A stretch of 64,000 bases of DNA from Candidatus Saccharimonadota bacterium (GCA_028288995.1 JAQGHF010000004.1:57204-121203); one strand, 5' to 3'; positions 38,416 to 48,353 are shown, numbered from the stretch's first letter. A program made the numbers and translations. The notes: a model not told the origin generated them from the sequence alone.

Positions 38416-40074
38416 TTATTGAGCTGGACCAATAATCACAACGAAATCGGTTGTTCCTACGACGCTGACTGGAGGCGTCGTCGTCAGTAGTGTCACACCG
38501 TACAGTTGTTTAAGCTTTGCAGCAGTCAGTGGCTTGTTTTTCGCAACTTGATAGATAGTGACTGCAGGATAGGTACCACTTGGCGCATTATCAACACTAT
38601 CAACAGTGAATCCCTTAGCGATCAACTTATCTGCTTCAGATTGTGCCATACCTGCTGCTGAACCACCATTCAGTACCATGACGTGCGGATTTTCTTTGAC
38701 AAAAGGTTCCTGGGTGATCATCTTGTTTAAGTATGCCTGCAGATCACTATACTGATATTGACCCTGTACCGGTTGGCCAGATCCATCGAATATTGCTTCG
38801 CCTGTTTTGTGGAGGTCGATTGAGGTGATCTTGTCTGATGGAATATCTTTTGCAAGTCCCATAAGGGTACGGATTTCTTTCGTTTGAATGTTCGTGCGAA
38901 GGTTCTTGCCCAGTGCATCAAGCAATCCGCTCACCGAACCAACGTTCGTCAACACACCGGTACTTAGTGCCTTTTCACGGATTGCTAGGAGAATCTTCTG
39001 TTGGTTACGTTCACGGTCAAAGTTCGACTGTGCCAGTCCGTATGTCGGCATGGCATCACCACGAGCCTGCGCAAGGTAGAGCGCGTGTTCGGCATCAAGT
39101 GTCTGATTGCCTGGGTTATAGTCGATAAAGTGACCATTTGGCGGACAGACGGTTTTACGTTTTGCGTAATTAGGACCGCACTTCCAGTCAAAGTTGCTAT
39201 CCATAATACCAATGTTTGGTTGCTGTCCCTGACCCTGGTCACCTTCGATATTAACAGTAATGCTGCCCCCAATTGCGTTGACAACGTCACGCATTACCGT
39301 GTAGTTAACGTGGACACCATACTGGATATCCATACCGACAATATTGCCAATAAATGCTTGTGTCTTCGTCAAACGATCTTGTTCCGAAGCATCATCGGTA
39401 CCGCTGTTCGCACAACTAAAGTACACGTTGATCTTTCCTGAATAGCCAGAGACACACGCTTCGCCATACTGCACCACGAGGTCTCGTGGAATACTAAAGG
39501 TAAAGGCGTCCTTTGTCGTCTGGTTCACGCTCAGTACCATAATCGTGTCTGTTAGATTTGCTCCTTGGTGACCCGGGTCATCTTCCGACGTACCAAGAAT
39601 CAAGAAGTTGCTTCGTCCATTTGCATCTTGCTTCAATGGTTCTGTCTTTACCAAATCAAGAAAACTTCCCTTAAAGACAGAGTCACTGGCATTTATGGCC
39701 TTAAATACAAGGTAACCACCAATCGCGAGGAAAATAATAAGTAAGCCGATCAGCACCCATTTAATAATGCGTCGAGCTTTGCTCTTTGGCTTCTTATTAG
39801 CTTTCTTATCACGGCGTTTTTCAGCACGGCGTTTTCGGCGACTACCACGCTCTCCATCAGGGTCGTCTATTTCACGAAGTGAATCATCGATATCAGATCG
39901 ACCGATAATTTTGCTTTCACGAGGAACGCCAACCACTTCCCTAGCATCACTGTCTCCAGTGTGGAGTGATCGGTCAATCGGTTCTTCTTTTTCTTCGTTG
40001 TGAAGACTCCCAAGTTGGGCGCCGGGACGACGTGGAATAAAACCATCAATGGAAGTTTGTGTACGCTTCTTCAT
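38416..40074 (-). CDS. LCP family glycopolymer transferase with C-terminal LytR_C domain
   Basis: NFLILG, TDTIMVLS, SIPRDL, KIN, YLAQAR, DFDRERNQQ-like segment, VMVLNG. Confidence 0.92.
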   Translation of the reverse strand: MKKRTQTSIDGFIPRRPGAQLGSLHNEEKEEPIDRSLHTGDSDAREVVGVPRESKIIGRSDIDDSLREIDDPDGERGSRRKRRAEKRRDKKANKKPKSKARRIIKWVLIGLLIIFLAIGGYLVFKAINASDSVFKGSFLDLVKTEPLKQDANGRSNFLILGTSEDDPGHQGANLTDTIMVLSVNQTTKDAFTFSIPRDLVVQYGEACVSGYSGKINVYFSCANSGTDDASEQDRLTKTQAFIGNIVGMDIQYGVHVNYTVMRDVVNAIGGSITVNIEGDQGQGQQPNIGIMDSNFDWKCGPNYAKRKTVCPPNGHFIDYNPGNQTLDAEHALYLAQARGDAMPTYGLAQSNFDRERNQQKILLAIREKALSTGVLTNVGSVSGLLDALGKNLRTNIQTKEIRTLMGLAKDIPSDKITSIDLHKTGEAIFDGSGQPVQGQYQYSDLQAYLNKMITQEPFVKENPHVMVLNGGSAAGMAQSEADKLIAKGFTVDSVDNAPSGTYPAVTIYQVAKNKPLTAAKLKQLYGVTLLTTTPPVSVVGTTDFVVIIGPAQ

Positions 40075-40177
40075 AAATACTTACCCTACTATACCCGACC
40101 AAGCTTAATTTATGAAGTATGACATAAGCATATTTAATGTAGAGTCCACCTGCCCCGTGATATAATTGACCAAGTTA

Positions 40178-40783
40178 ATGGAAGCAACCTATTTCACTCG
40201 CCACCCGTTTGCAAAAGACATCATTGGAATTGTCATTTTTATTGTCTGCGTCGTTATCGGCACGATTCTTATCAACACATTCGTATTCCGCAGCTTTAAC
40301 GTGGTTGGTCCAAGCATGGAGTCAACACTCTACACCGGCGATCGGTTGATCGTCGACCGCTTACCTGTCACCTGGGCACAGCTTCAAAATAAAACCTACA
40401 CTCCAAAGCGTGGTCAAATTATCGTTTTTAAAAACCCCCACTACAGCGTAGGTACTGAGGATGAATTTATCGTCAAACGTGTTATCGGTCTTCCTGGTGA
40501 GCACGTCGTGCTAAAAGATGGTCACTACACCGTCTATAACAACCAATTCCCGAATGGCTTTAATCCAGACGACAATAATCATGGTGAACCAGGTTCTCCA
40601 ACCAGTGGCGAAGTCGACCAAGTTGTTCCTGCCGGCGAGATCTTCGTTTCTGGTGATCACCGCCAAGGCAACTATTCTTACGACTCACGTAACGGGCTGG
40701 GAACGATTCCACTATACGATGTGATTGGTCCTGCTGAACTTCGTATTTATCCGTTCAATAAGATCCGAACATTCCCGACCTAA
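40178..40783 (+). CDS. lepB: Signal peptidase I
   Basis: GPSMESTL, IVKRVIGLPG, GDHRQGNYSYDSR; ATG 40178 preferred over TTG 40166. Confidence 0.93.
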   Translation: MEATYFTRHPFAKDIIGIVIFIVCVVIGTILINTFVFRSFNVVGPSMESTLYTGDRLIVDRLPVTWAQLQNKTYTPKRGQIIVFKNPHYSVGTEDEFIVKRVIGLPGEHVVLKDGHYTVYNNQFPNGFNPDDNNHGEPGSPTSGEVDQVVPAGEIFVSGDHRQGNYSYDSRNGLGTIPLYDVIGPAELRIYPFNKIRTFPT

Positions 40784-40804
40784 GCAAAGAACTTCACAAA
40801 TGTG

Positions 40805-41278
40805 CTAATGTCCCCGTATAGTTACCCACGCGCGCCGGTCTCTTTTTGGTATATCAACCGGGGTTAATTGATGAACTTTCGAAATACCGATAAGTGTTGC
40901 ATACCGCTTATCTCGCTTTTCACTCCAAAATGTTTCATCAACACAAATAGCATCTGTGTATTCTTCTTTGATAAGTTCTATAGGATATTCAGTCAAATCA
41001 AAATCTTTGATCCATGCAATCGTAAAACACCCAACAATGGGTCCGGCTTTTAAGAATACGAGATCGCCTACAGTCGCTTGTTTATACGGTGCAATACGAT
41101 TCAGCGTAAATCTTGATTCAGCCGTTTTAGAACCGTCAAATATACAGGATAAGTACGGCTCGACCATAACTGCGATATGGATAGCATGTGGTTTCTTGAG
41201 ATCAAGGTGAAACCAGTCTTCAAACTGATGTTTTGCACCAGTAATTGTCGATAGTATTTTGGCGGAAAATTCGTTCAT
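40805..41278 (-). CDS. ASCH/PUA-like domain protein
   Basis: EPYLSCIFDGSKTAESR (GxKxxExR), VGDLVFLK; AT-rich. Confidence 0.7.
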   Translation of the reverse strand: MNEFSAKILSTITGAKHQFEDWFHLDLKKPHAIHIAVMVEPYLSCIFDGSKTAESRFTLNRIAPYKQATVGDLVFLKAGPIVGCFTIAWIKDFDLTEYPIELIKEEYTDAICVDETFWSEKRDKRYATLIGISKVHQLTPVDIPKRDRRAWVTIRGH

Positions 41279-41336
41279 CTCTTCTCATCATATCAAAACA
41301 AAAAACTGCTTCGGAACAAGGTTAAGATTTTGCTAC

Positions 41337-42230
41337 CTATTCGCCAAGTAGCTTTTGAAGGCGATCTAAGTCCTTTTCATCGGTGAACTTAATCACGATC
41401 GTGCCGGCACCTTTATTGTTGACTCGGATGTTCACGTCAGTCTTGAGGCGGCTGCGAAGCGTCACGATTTTTTGTTCGTGGCGGGATTCGTTTTCTTTGA
41501 CGGTCTGTACTTTTGGCTGGCTTTTGCCGTTCTTAGCGTTCACGACGTATTGTTCAACTTTACGCGCACTCCACTCTTCAGCAATAATACGGGGCACTAC
41601 TTCATTCACGAATGCTTCGTCCCAGGATATCAGCGGGCGCGCTTGCCCTTCAGTCAATTTTCCTTCAGCGATAAGTTCACGAACGTTCTTTGGTAATTTT
41701 AAGAGTCGCATCGTGTTCTGCACGGCACTTTGTGACTTGTTCACGCGCTTTCCGATGGCTTCATTGGTCAGGTTAAATTGGTCACGAAGTTTTTGGTATG
41801 AGGTTGCGATTTCGATCGTGTTAAGATCACGACGCTGTAGGTTTTCAATTAGTGATACTTCGAGCTTGTTCTGGCCAGTCATCGATCGTATAAGTGCAGG
41901 GATGGTGGTCAGACCAGCAATCTGAGACGCACGAAAACGACGCTCACCGGCAACAATTTGATAGCCGCCATTCAATTTTGTAACAATAATTGGCTGCAAG
42001 ACGCCATGTTCTCTCACCGATTCAGCAAGTTCATTCAAGGCATCTTGATCAAAGGTACGACGTGGTTGATCCGGATCGGCGGTGATGTCAGAAAGCTTCA
42101 AGTTCTTTAACTCACTCACCTGTTCATCAATCTGTTTTGTCGTGTCGAAAGAATCATCCAATAGATCGATAGGGATCAGTGATTCAAAGCCTCGTCCGAG
42201 ACCTCGTGATGGACCTTTTTTCTGTGCCAT
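41337..42230 (-). CDS. parB: Chromosome partitioning protein ParB
   Basis: GLGRGFESLI, DQPRR, IVAGERRFRA, IENLQRRDLN. Confidence 0.96.
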   Translation of the reverse strand: MAQKKGPSRGLGRGFESLIPIDLLDDSFDTTKQIDEQVSELKNLKLSDITADPDQPRRTFDQDALNELAESVREHGVLQPIIVTKLNGGYQIVAGERRFRASQIAGLTTIPALIRSMTGQNKLEVSLIENLQRRDLNTIEIATSYQKLRDQFNLTNEAIGKRVNKSQSAVQNTMRLLKLPKNVRELIAEGKLTEGQARPLISWDEAFVNEVVPRIIAEEWSARKVEQYVVNAKNGKSQPKVQTVKENESRHEQKIVTLRSRLKTDVNIRVNNKGAGTIVIKFTDEKDLDRLQKLLGE

Positions 42231-43015
42231 TACTTTCGTTCTCCAACAGCAACAGAAGTCCTCTGAATAACCTCTTTAGCGAGTGCTTTATAGGCACGTG
42301 AACCTTTTGAGAATTTATCGTAGACACCAATCGGCACACCGTGACTTGGTGCTTCAGCGAGGCGAATATTGCGTGGAATCGTAATATCAAAGACTTTTCC
42401 CGGGAAGTGACGCTTAATCTCTTCATGAACTTGGTTACTGAGTGTTGTTCGACTATCAAGCATTGTCGGTAGCACGCCGAGTAGTTCAAGTCCTGGATTC
42501 ATTCCCTTACGGACCAATTTCATCGTCTCGAGAAGCTGTCCTAAGCCCTCTAACGCGTAAAACTCTGCCTGAACTGGCAGTAACACGTATTTTGCGGCAA
42601 TCAGCCCATTAACGGTTAAGAGGCTGAGGCTCGGTGGACTGTCGATAATAATGTAGTCATAGGCACCATTACTTGCTTCAACGGCATTTCGAAGCCGTGA
42701 AAATTTCTTGTCAGCCTGCGCTAATTCCACCTCTGTGTTTGCAAGGATCGAAGTGGTTGGTGCGAGCCATAAGTTCTTGTGCTCGGTCGGAACAACCACC
42801 GAAGCAAGGTCGTTGCCGCCAATAACAACATCTGTCATTGTTGTGGTCAGTTCAGCCTTATTTACCCCAAGCCCACTGGTTGCGTTCCCTTGTGGATCAA
42901 AGTCGATCAAAAGGGTCTTTTTATCAGCCTTGGCGAGGAAATACGCCAAGTTAATAGCGGTGGTTGTCTTACCAACGCCCCCCTTCTGATTGGTCACTGC
43001 GATAACGATCGACAC
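42230..43015 (-). CDS. parA: Chromosome partitioning ATPase ParA/Soj
   Basis: NQKGGVGKTTT, DFDPQGNA, IDSPPSL, IPRNIRLAEAPSHG. Confidence 0.96.
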   Translation of the reverse strand: MSIVIAVTNQKGGVGKTTTAINLAYFLAKADKKTLLIDFDPQGNATSGLGVNKAELTTTMTDVVIGGNDLASVVVPTEHKNLWLAPTTSILANTEVELAQADKKFSRLRNAVEASNGAYDYIIIDSPPSLSLLTVNGLIAAKYVLLPVQAEFYALEGLGQLLETMKLVRKGMNPGLELLGVLPTMLDSRTTLSNQVHEEIKRHFPGKVFDITIPRNIRLAEAPSHGVPIGVYDKFSKGSRAYKALAKEVIQRTSVAVGERK

Positions 43016-43145
43016 TTCTGTATATATTCCCTATTCTTTGTACCTATTGTAGCACGAGCACCTTCGATTCAAGGGGGTTTTTCGGGGGTATATGACCGAG
43101 AAAACGTGCAAAATAGATTCCCTAGGATCTATTTCAACCCAACGC

Positions 43146-43176
43146 AAAAAGAAACCCCCGGTGGGAGTTTCTTTTT
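43146..43176 (-). terminator. Terminator after rplU
   Basis: AAAAAGAAAC...GTTTCTTTTT hairpin. Confidence 0.65.
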
Positions 43177-43216
43177 AAAGAGTGTTTTCGAGGTCATATT
43201 AACCTCGGAAACCGGC

Positions 43217-43525
43217 TTACTTGATCGAAGTAATTTCGATCTTGCTGTACTTTTGGCGGTGTCCGTTTTCCTTGTGTACGCGCTTTTTAGCTTTGTAACG
43301 GATAACACGGATTTTGTCACCCTTTACGAGGTCATCAATGACCTTCGCGGTAACTTTCACATCTTTGACAGTTGGCGTACCAATAGTGACGTTGTCACCA
43401 TCGATAAGCAACAGTGCGTCCAGAGTGAGCTCTTTAGTTCCTTCCTGGAGGAGGTCCACCAGTAGGGTCTCTTTTTCGGTGACAATAAATTGTTTTCCAC
43501 CGATCTTAACGACTGCTTTTGTCAT
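43217..43525 (-). CDS. rplU: 50S ribosomal protein L21
   Basis: AVVKIGGKQF, GHRQKYSKIEI. Confidence 0.96.
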   Translation of the reverse strand: MTKAVVKIGGKQFIVTEKETLLVDLLQEGTKELTLDALLLIDGDNVTIGTPTVKDVKVTAKVIDDLVKGDKIRVIRYKAKKRVHKENGHRQKYSKIEITSIK

Positions 43526-43631
43526 GTTGTTCCTTTAATTATGTAACAATTCAGTTGTTCACTATAACAGATGTAGGGCTGAATTTCAAGAGAAGGTGCT
43601 GCGCTTGTGGTTACCTAGCTATATCAATGGA

Positions 43632-44555
43632 CTAGATCGAGCCACCACCGGTCGCAAAGACGATAACCAGCGCCAAGCCAACCGTTCCAGCTAGCGTATA
43701 CATCCCGTGATGGAGTTTCCAACTCCGTCGCCACGCAACCGGAAGTTTGTTTCGATAGTGATGCGCTGCAATGGCAACCGCACCGACGAGCGTCAGCAAC
43801 GCTAAGGTTCCTAGCGTTGCTGGAGTCAGCGATTGTAGCGCCGTTCCAAAGTATGTCAGCGGGTTTCCAATCCCTTGTTCAATCGGTGCCGCATAGACAA
43901 TAGCTGGTTTGCTATTTTTCACACCCTCAACCGCTGCCGTTGCTGGAGCACCGTAATACGCCACAACAAGCGTCGTTGGGCGACCATCAAGGGTGCCGTC
44001 TACCACCGCAAGTCCGATGTCCTGATATTTGGTGTTCAAAATATTTGCTCGGTGCGTTGGCGATGCCATCCACGCATCCACGGTCGCTTGTGCGGTTGCA
44101 TAATTCTTCGCGAGATTCTCGCCTGCGACGTCATAATTATAGCCCGCATCCCCTAACCACTTCCATGGCGTTACTCCTGTTGGTGAGGTATGCGCCCAGT
44201 AATTATTCACAAACATATCTTTTGCTTTCGCAAAGGCTGCGTTATTCAATGCGTCGTTTACTTTCAAGTTTGGCAGTGATGACTGTGCGCGTGCAGTGTT
44301 TGTGTCAGTCAAAAGATCACTGGCACTAATACTCGACACACGACCGAGTACTTCAACTCGTCCCGAAGAGACAAACCCATACGCAAGCTGCATAAGTACA
44401 GCCAACACTAATACAGCCGTTATACCATGGAGTCTGACCAAATGTGGTCGGTAATGGTTCCCTTTATGAGGGACCAGTGCATGCTTTAGGTGTGTACGGA
44501 CTTGTGTTTGAAGTGTTGTCTTTTTATGACTACTGCGTTTTTGTGTTGTTCTCAC
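43632..44555 (-). CDS. CAP/SCP domain membrane protein
   Basis: KAKDMFVNNYWAH, AGENLA, WMASPTHRANIL; TM segments at both ends. Confidence 0.9.
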   Translation of the reverse strand: MRTTQKRSSHKKTTLQTQVRTHLKHALVPHKGNHYRPHLVRLHGITAVLVLAVLMQLAYGFVSSGRVEVLGRVSSISASDLLTDTNTARAQSSLPNLKVNDALNNAAFAKAKDMFVNNYWAHTSPTGVTPWKWLGDAGYNYDVAGENLAKNYATAQATVDAWMASPTHRANILNTKYQDIGLAVVDGTLDGRPTTLVVAYYGAPATAAVEGVKNSKPAIVYAAPIEQGIGNPLTYFGTALQSLTPATLGTLALLTLVGAVAIAAHHYRNKLPVAWRRSWKLHHGMYTLAGTVGLALVIVFATGGGSI

Positions 44556-44625
44556 GCTGACAATAGCATACCACTTACGTTTCGGTTTGAAAAGAAAACT
44601 CCCCTACTTTAAGAATTGCTTTTAA

Positions 44626-47523
44626 CTAAGCTTGTCCTTCGTCTCGACGACGAATCGCAGCGATGATGTACCAAGCAATAGCAGCAAGTGCAGCGATAAT
44701 CAAAATCCACCAGTACCACGCAAGTCCAAAGATGGTTCCCTTGTTCGCATCCGAGTTAACTGCGGCAGCGGCAAGTTTGTTGTCAGTGACGCCCTTTACG
44801 CTAGTGTCACCTGTTGGTAAGGTGTCAGTGGTTGCACCAAGGACAGCTGCGGCAGCAGGGTTAGTGATGATTGGAGTCACAGTGGTTGTTGGTGTTGTTG
44901 CGGGCGGAGCAACAGCAACAATCACGTCTGCAGATTGAGTCGTTGAGTTACCGTTTACGTCCGCAGCAGTGATTACAAATGAGTAAGTTGCATTCGGGAG
45001 AGCTACGGGTACAGTAAAGCTAAATGCACCGTTATTGTTTGTCACTGCAAAGTCAGCTCCATTGAAGGTTGCGAGGAGCGTTGCGTTACCATCATTTACC
45101 GTACCAGTAATCGTTGGCTGATTACCAGTTATGTCAGTCTGTGGAGCAATCGTAACAGTTGGAGCTGTGTTGTCGATAGTAATAACTACTTCACTGGTTG
45201 TGCTGTTACCAGCGGCGTCAGTACCAACCAATGTTGCGATGTATGTGCCGCTCGCTACGCTAGTTGTGTTCCAGTCGTATGATGTGAAGCTCGTGCCACT
45301 ATCGGTAGCAAGTGGCGTTTGACCGGTATTACCAATCGAAAGTGTGTATGAGACTGCATCACCAGTTGTACCCGTAATAGTAACTGGTTTATGATTACCA
45401 AATACCGCACCGTTTGAAGGTGTTGAAATTGTCACCGTTGGTGGTGTCTGATCGATCACAACCGTTCCAACTGATTCAGGACCAGCTGGGCTTCCGGCAT
45501 TATCAAGTGCACGAACGTGAAGTTGGTATGTACCAGCAGAAGGTGCTGTTGTTGCAACACTTGTTGCTGTCACGTCGGTCCAATCCGTAATAATCGTGCT
45601 TCCATTTGTGAACTGGTACTGGTATCCCTTTACACCAGAGGCATTAGCAGCAGGTATTGGCAGGTCAGTTGCAGCAGTCCAAGTCCAGTTGCTTGTGAGG
45701 CTGTTAGTTAGCGCTGTTGTCGTTGGTGTTCCGGGAGCAGTTGGTGGTGTCTGTGGTGTTGAGAAAGCAGGCGTTGAAACAATTGCGTTACCAGCAAGGT
45801 CTCGCACGTTGCTGACACCCCATAGTTGTTCACCAGAAACATACCAGCCTAGAGTCGTAAAGCTAACAGTTGCCGTTTTTGTCGCGGCATCATACGTAAC
45901 GTCAGCGTGACCAGTCAGTGGACCTGAACCACCAGCACCAGGCCAGTTAGCGAGGAAGTAGTTTGCTGGGTTTTGAGCATCAGCAACTTGCACTGCTTCA
46001 CTATAGTGAACTTTGAAGCTTGTACCAGCCGAGCCGACAATCGGGAATTCTAATGTCGCGGTTGGCTTTTGCGTGTCAAGAATGACAGACCAGATGTCGC
46101 TCCACTGACTATAGTTTCCAGCAGCATCTTTTGCACGGACTTGGTAGAACCATGCGCCGTCCCCTGCACCACTAGAGTGGATCATAGACGTCGCAAGTAC
46201 ACCAGAGTGCCAAATGCTGGCACCATTCAATACTTGATTAGAATCACGTGAAGGATCTTGTGATGCTTGGAATTCATAAGTAAGTGGTGACGCATCGACA
46301 GCATCGTTCCAGTCGAAATCAAATTCATTTGTGTTAAGAGAAGCTCCGTTTGACGGCAATGCTAATACTGGTTTGGTTGGTGCAGTCGTATCAACAGTGA
46401 CACCATTAATAGCACTCCAATCACTCCAGTTTCCGTAGTTATCACCGGCACGAACCTGCCAGTAGTAGGTTGCCTGTGGTGTGCCATTATTATGACGAGT
46501 AATCGTTGTTGCACCTAATTCGTAATTTGATGCAGTATCGCTGGCGTCTTGGTATATCAATGCGCCGAGTGTTGTTGCATCAACCTTGGTGTTAGAAGTA
46601 CGGTACTCATACTTCGTCGCACCCGTTACCGCACCCCATGTCATTGAAAAGTTTGGATCGTTTGTGACGACACCATCTGCTGGCGTTAAGTTTGTTGGAG
46701 CATCAATATCTGAAGCCTTAATGTTGATAGCTAAGTGATTTGGAGACCAGCCAGCATCAGATATAAGACCACCGCTATACCCAGGGTACGTCGTATCCCA
46801 GTACATAGTGTCAGTATTGTAGTCTGTCCCGGTGCTTGGTCCACTCGTTGGAAGGCTGACGTTCAAAGAATCATAAGGACCAGTTGAACCAATTGGGTGA
46901 ACACCGAAAGTACTGGTATCGTAAGCAACTGTTGCGATCACATCAGTCGGCAGTACAGCAGCGTTCGCTGTAAAATCGAAATCAACATTAAATGCTTTTC
47001 CGTTATTACAGGTTGCAGTCGCAGCGTCGTACCACTTGCCAAGGTCAGTACCGCTACAGTGAGTAGGATCTGCTGAAGGTCGGTAGAGGGCATTAACGGT
47101 CTGGGTTTTGGTTGTAATAAGTGTATCGACAGTTCCATCAGGATTAACTGCATAGAGATTCACTGTTACAGGATGAGCAAACGTTGCACCGACGGCGCTG
47201 ACGCAGTCATTTGTGCTCCAAGTACCTGTTTGACAAGCCCATGAGCTCAAACTCACGGTGACAGTATCAAGATGTCGACCACTCCCCGCAAGTGTCAGAC
47301 GGTCGCCAAACTCCTTAGTTGAAGTCGCTTCATACCCAAGACTTGGATAATTAGCAGACTGAGTAGCGGGAATACCTCGATACACATAGCTACTGGTTAC
47401 CGCATCTGCCTTTTGGCTAAATAAAAACGGCACACTGGCCGTAAGAGTACTCACCACTAGCATAGCTGCTAGCGCAAAATTTGTTAGTCGTTGGGTCCGT
47501 TTGCTCGCAAAAAACTTCATCAC
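44626..47523 (-). CDS. Large surface protein with FN3/Ig-like repeats and a C-terminal membrane anchor
   Basis: Signal peptide; repeated W-x-V-R-A-x-D-x-x-G-N and D-x-T-x-P-T linkers; Thr-rich stalk; TM + RRR. Confidence 0.88.
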   Translation of the reverse strand: MMKFFASKRTQRLTNFALAAMLVVSTLTASVPFLFSQKADAVTSSYVYRGIPATQSANYPSLGYEATSTKEFGDRLTLAGSGRHLDTVTVSLSSWACQTGTWSTNDCVSAVGATFAHPVTVNLYAVNPDGTVDTLITTKTQTVNALYRPSADPTHCSGTDLGKWYDAATATCNNGKAFNVDFDFTANAAVLPTDVIATVAYDTSTFGVHPIGSTGPYDSLNVSLPTSGPSTGTDYNTDTMYWDTTYPGYSGGLISDAGWSPNHLAINIKASDIDAPTNLTPADGVVTNDPNFSMTWGAVTGATKYEYRTSNTKVDATTLGALIYQDASDTASNYELGATTITRHNNGTPQATYYWQVRAGDNYGNWSDWSAINGVTVDTTAPTKPVLALPSNGASLNTNEFDFDWNDAVDASPLTYEFQASQDPSRDSNQVLNGASIWHSGVLATSMIHSSGAGDGAWFYQVRAKDAAGNYSQWSDIWSVILDTQKPTATLEFPIVGSAGTSFKVHYSEAVQVADAQNPANYFLANWPGAGGSGPLTGHADVTYDAATKTATVSFTTLGWYVSGEQLWGVSNVRDLAGNAIVSTPAFSTPQTPPTAPGTPTTTALTNSLTSNWTWTAATDLPIPAANASGVKGYQYQFTNGSTIITDWTDVTATSVATTAPSAGTYQLHVRALDNAGSPAGPESVGTVVIDQTPPTVTISTPSNGAVFGNHKPVTITGTTGDAVSYTLSIGNTGQTPLATDSGTSFTSYDWNTTSVASGTYIATLVGTDAAGNSTTSEVVITIDNTAPTVTIAPQTDITGNQPTITGTVNDGNATLLATFNGADFAVTNNNGAFSFTVPVALPNATYSFVITAADVNGNSTTQSADVIVAVAPPATTPTTTVTPIITNPAAAAVLGATTDTLPTGDTSVKGVTDNKLAAAAVNSDANKGTIFGLAWYWWILIIAALAAIAWYIIAAIRRRDEGQA

Positions 47524-47656
47524 ACACTCCTTAGATTATTTCTACGAAAAGACTGCCCACGACGCTGGTCTTACTTAAACACAACTCTCTCAACTTTTGT
47601 ATTTTTCTTAACTTTACCATCTTCACGACATACTAGCAATGAAATTTAAACTAAAT

Positions 47657-48232
47657 CTAAGAATGTTGAGCGACTCGTCGATGCGTCTGAAACCTCTCCA
47701 TAACGAGGCGTCCTAACACGACAATTGCAGCAATCGCCAACACCCACCAATACCAGGCAACACCAAAAATCTTCCATCCCTGCGAACTTGGCTGCAAGGG
47801 TGTCTGGATCGCAGCCCCAAGAACAGCAGCATCACTTTTGCCTCCAATGGTCGGCAAACTATAGCTGACAAAATCCCGTGACATTGCTGGCATGGTACTT
47901 TTTGCGTCACTTACAGGCACAATAGTAGGCAGCTGTTGATCAGGCATATTCACTGCGGTAAAAGATGTAGTAGCAGGTTGTGAAGCAGGTTGGTTCGAGG
48001 GTGCCGTCGGAGTCGCAGCTTTATTTGAGGGACCTGTCTCCGCAGTTGTTGACTTACCTGATCCAGACTCAGATGCTGGAGTCGGGGTTTGTTGAGCAGC
48101 AGGCGCAGGCTGGCATTGAACACCCAACAACCCAACGACACCACAAGTCGTCTTATATAAAAGACTCTCGGCCTGAGTAGGTCGAGAGGAAGCTCCAGAG
48201 ATGATAGCTGATACAAGCATAACACTTAGCAA
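47657..48232 (-). CDS. Small exported Ser/Thr/Pro-rich protein with a C-terminal anchor like the neighbouring adhesin
   Basis: Signal-like N-terminus, CGVVGLLGVQC, low-complexity stalk, IFGVAWYWW-TM-HRR. True start may lie further upstream (see findings). Confidence 0.75.
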   Translation of the reverse strand: MLSVMLVSAIISGASSRPTQAESLLYKTTCGVVGLLGVQCQPAPAAQQTPTPASESGSGKSTTAETGPSNKAATPTAPSNQPASQPATTSFTAVNMPDQQLPTIVPVSDAKSTMPAMSRDFVSYSLPTIGGKSDAAVLGAAIQTPLQPSSQGWKIFGVAWYWWVLAIAAIVVLGRLVMERFQTHRRVAQHS

Positions 48233-48353
48233 AAATATCGTGATTTTTGCTCCTCGCAGGATTGGTGTCGCACGATTTCGCTGCTTGATAACTGTCCTCC
48301 CTTTTCAACGCACTACTAGTAGTACTTTGCTCTACCAGTATACCACAAGCAGC

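Noticed and set aside
42779-43465. 228-aa plus-strand ORF
   Set aside because: Overlaps parA and rplU antisense and crosses a terminator; no motif.
44770-44850. LPXTG sortase signal (TLPTGD) in the large surface protein
   Set aside because: LPTGD is not LPxTG and lies ~30 aa from the TM helix; no sortase in the window.
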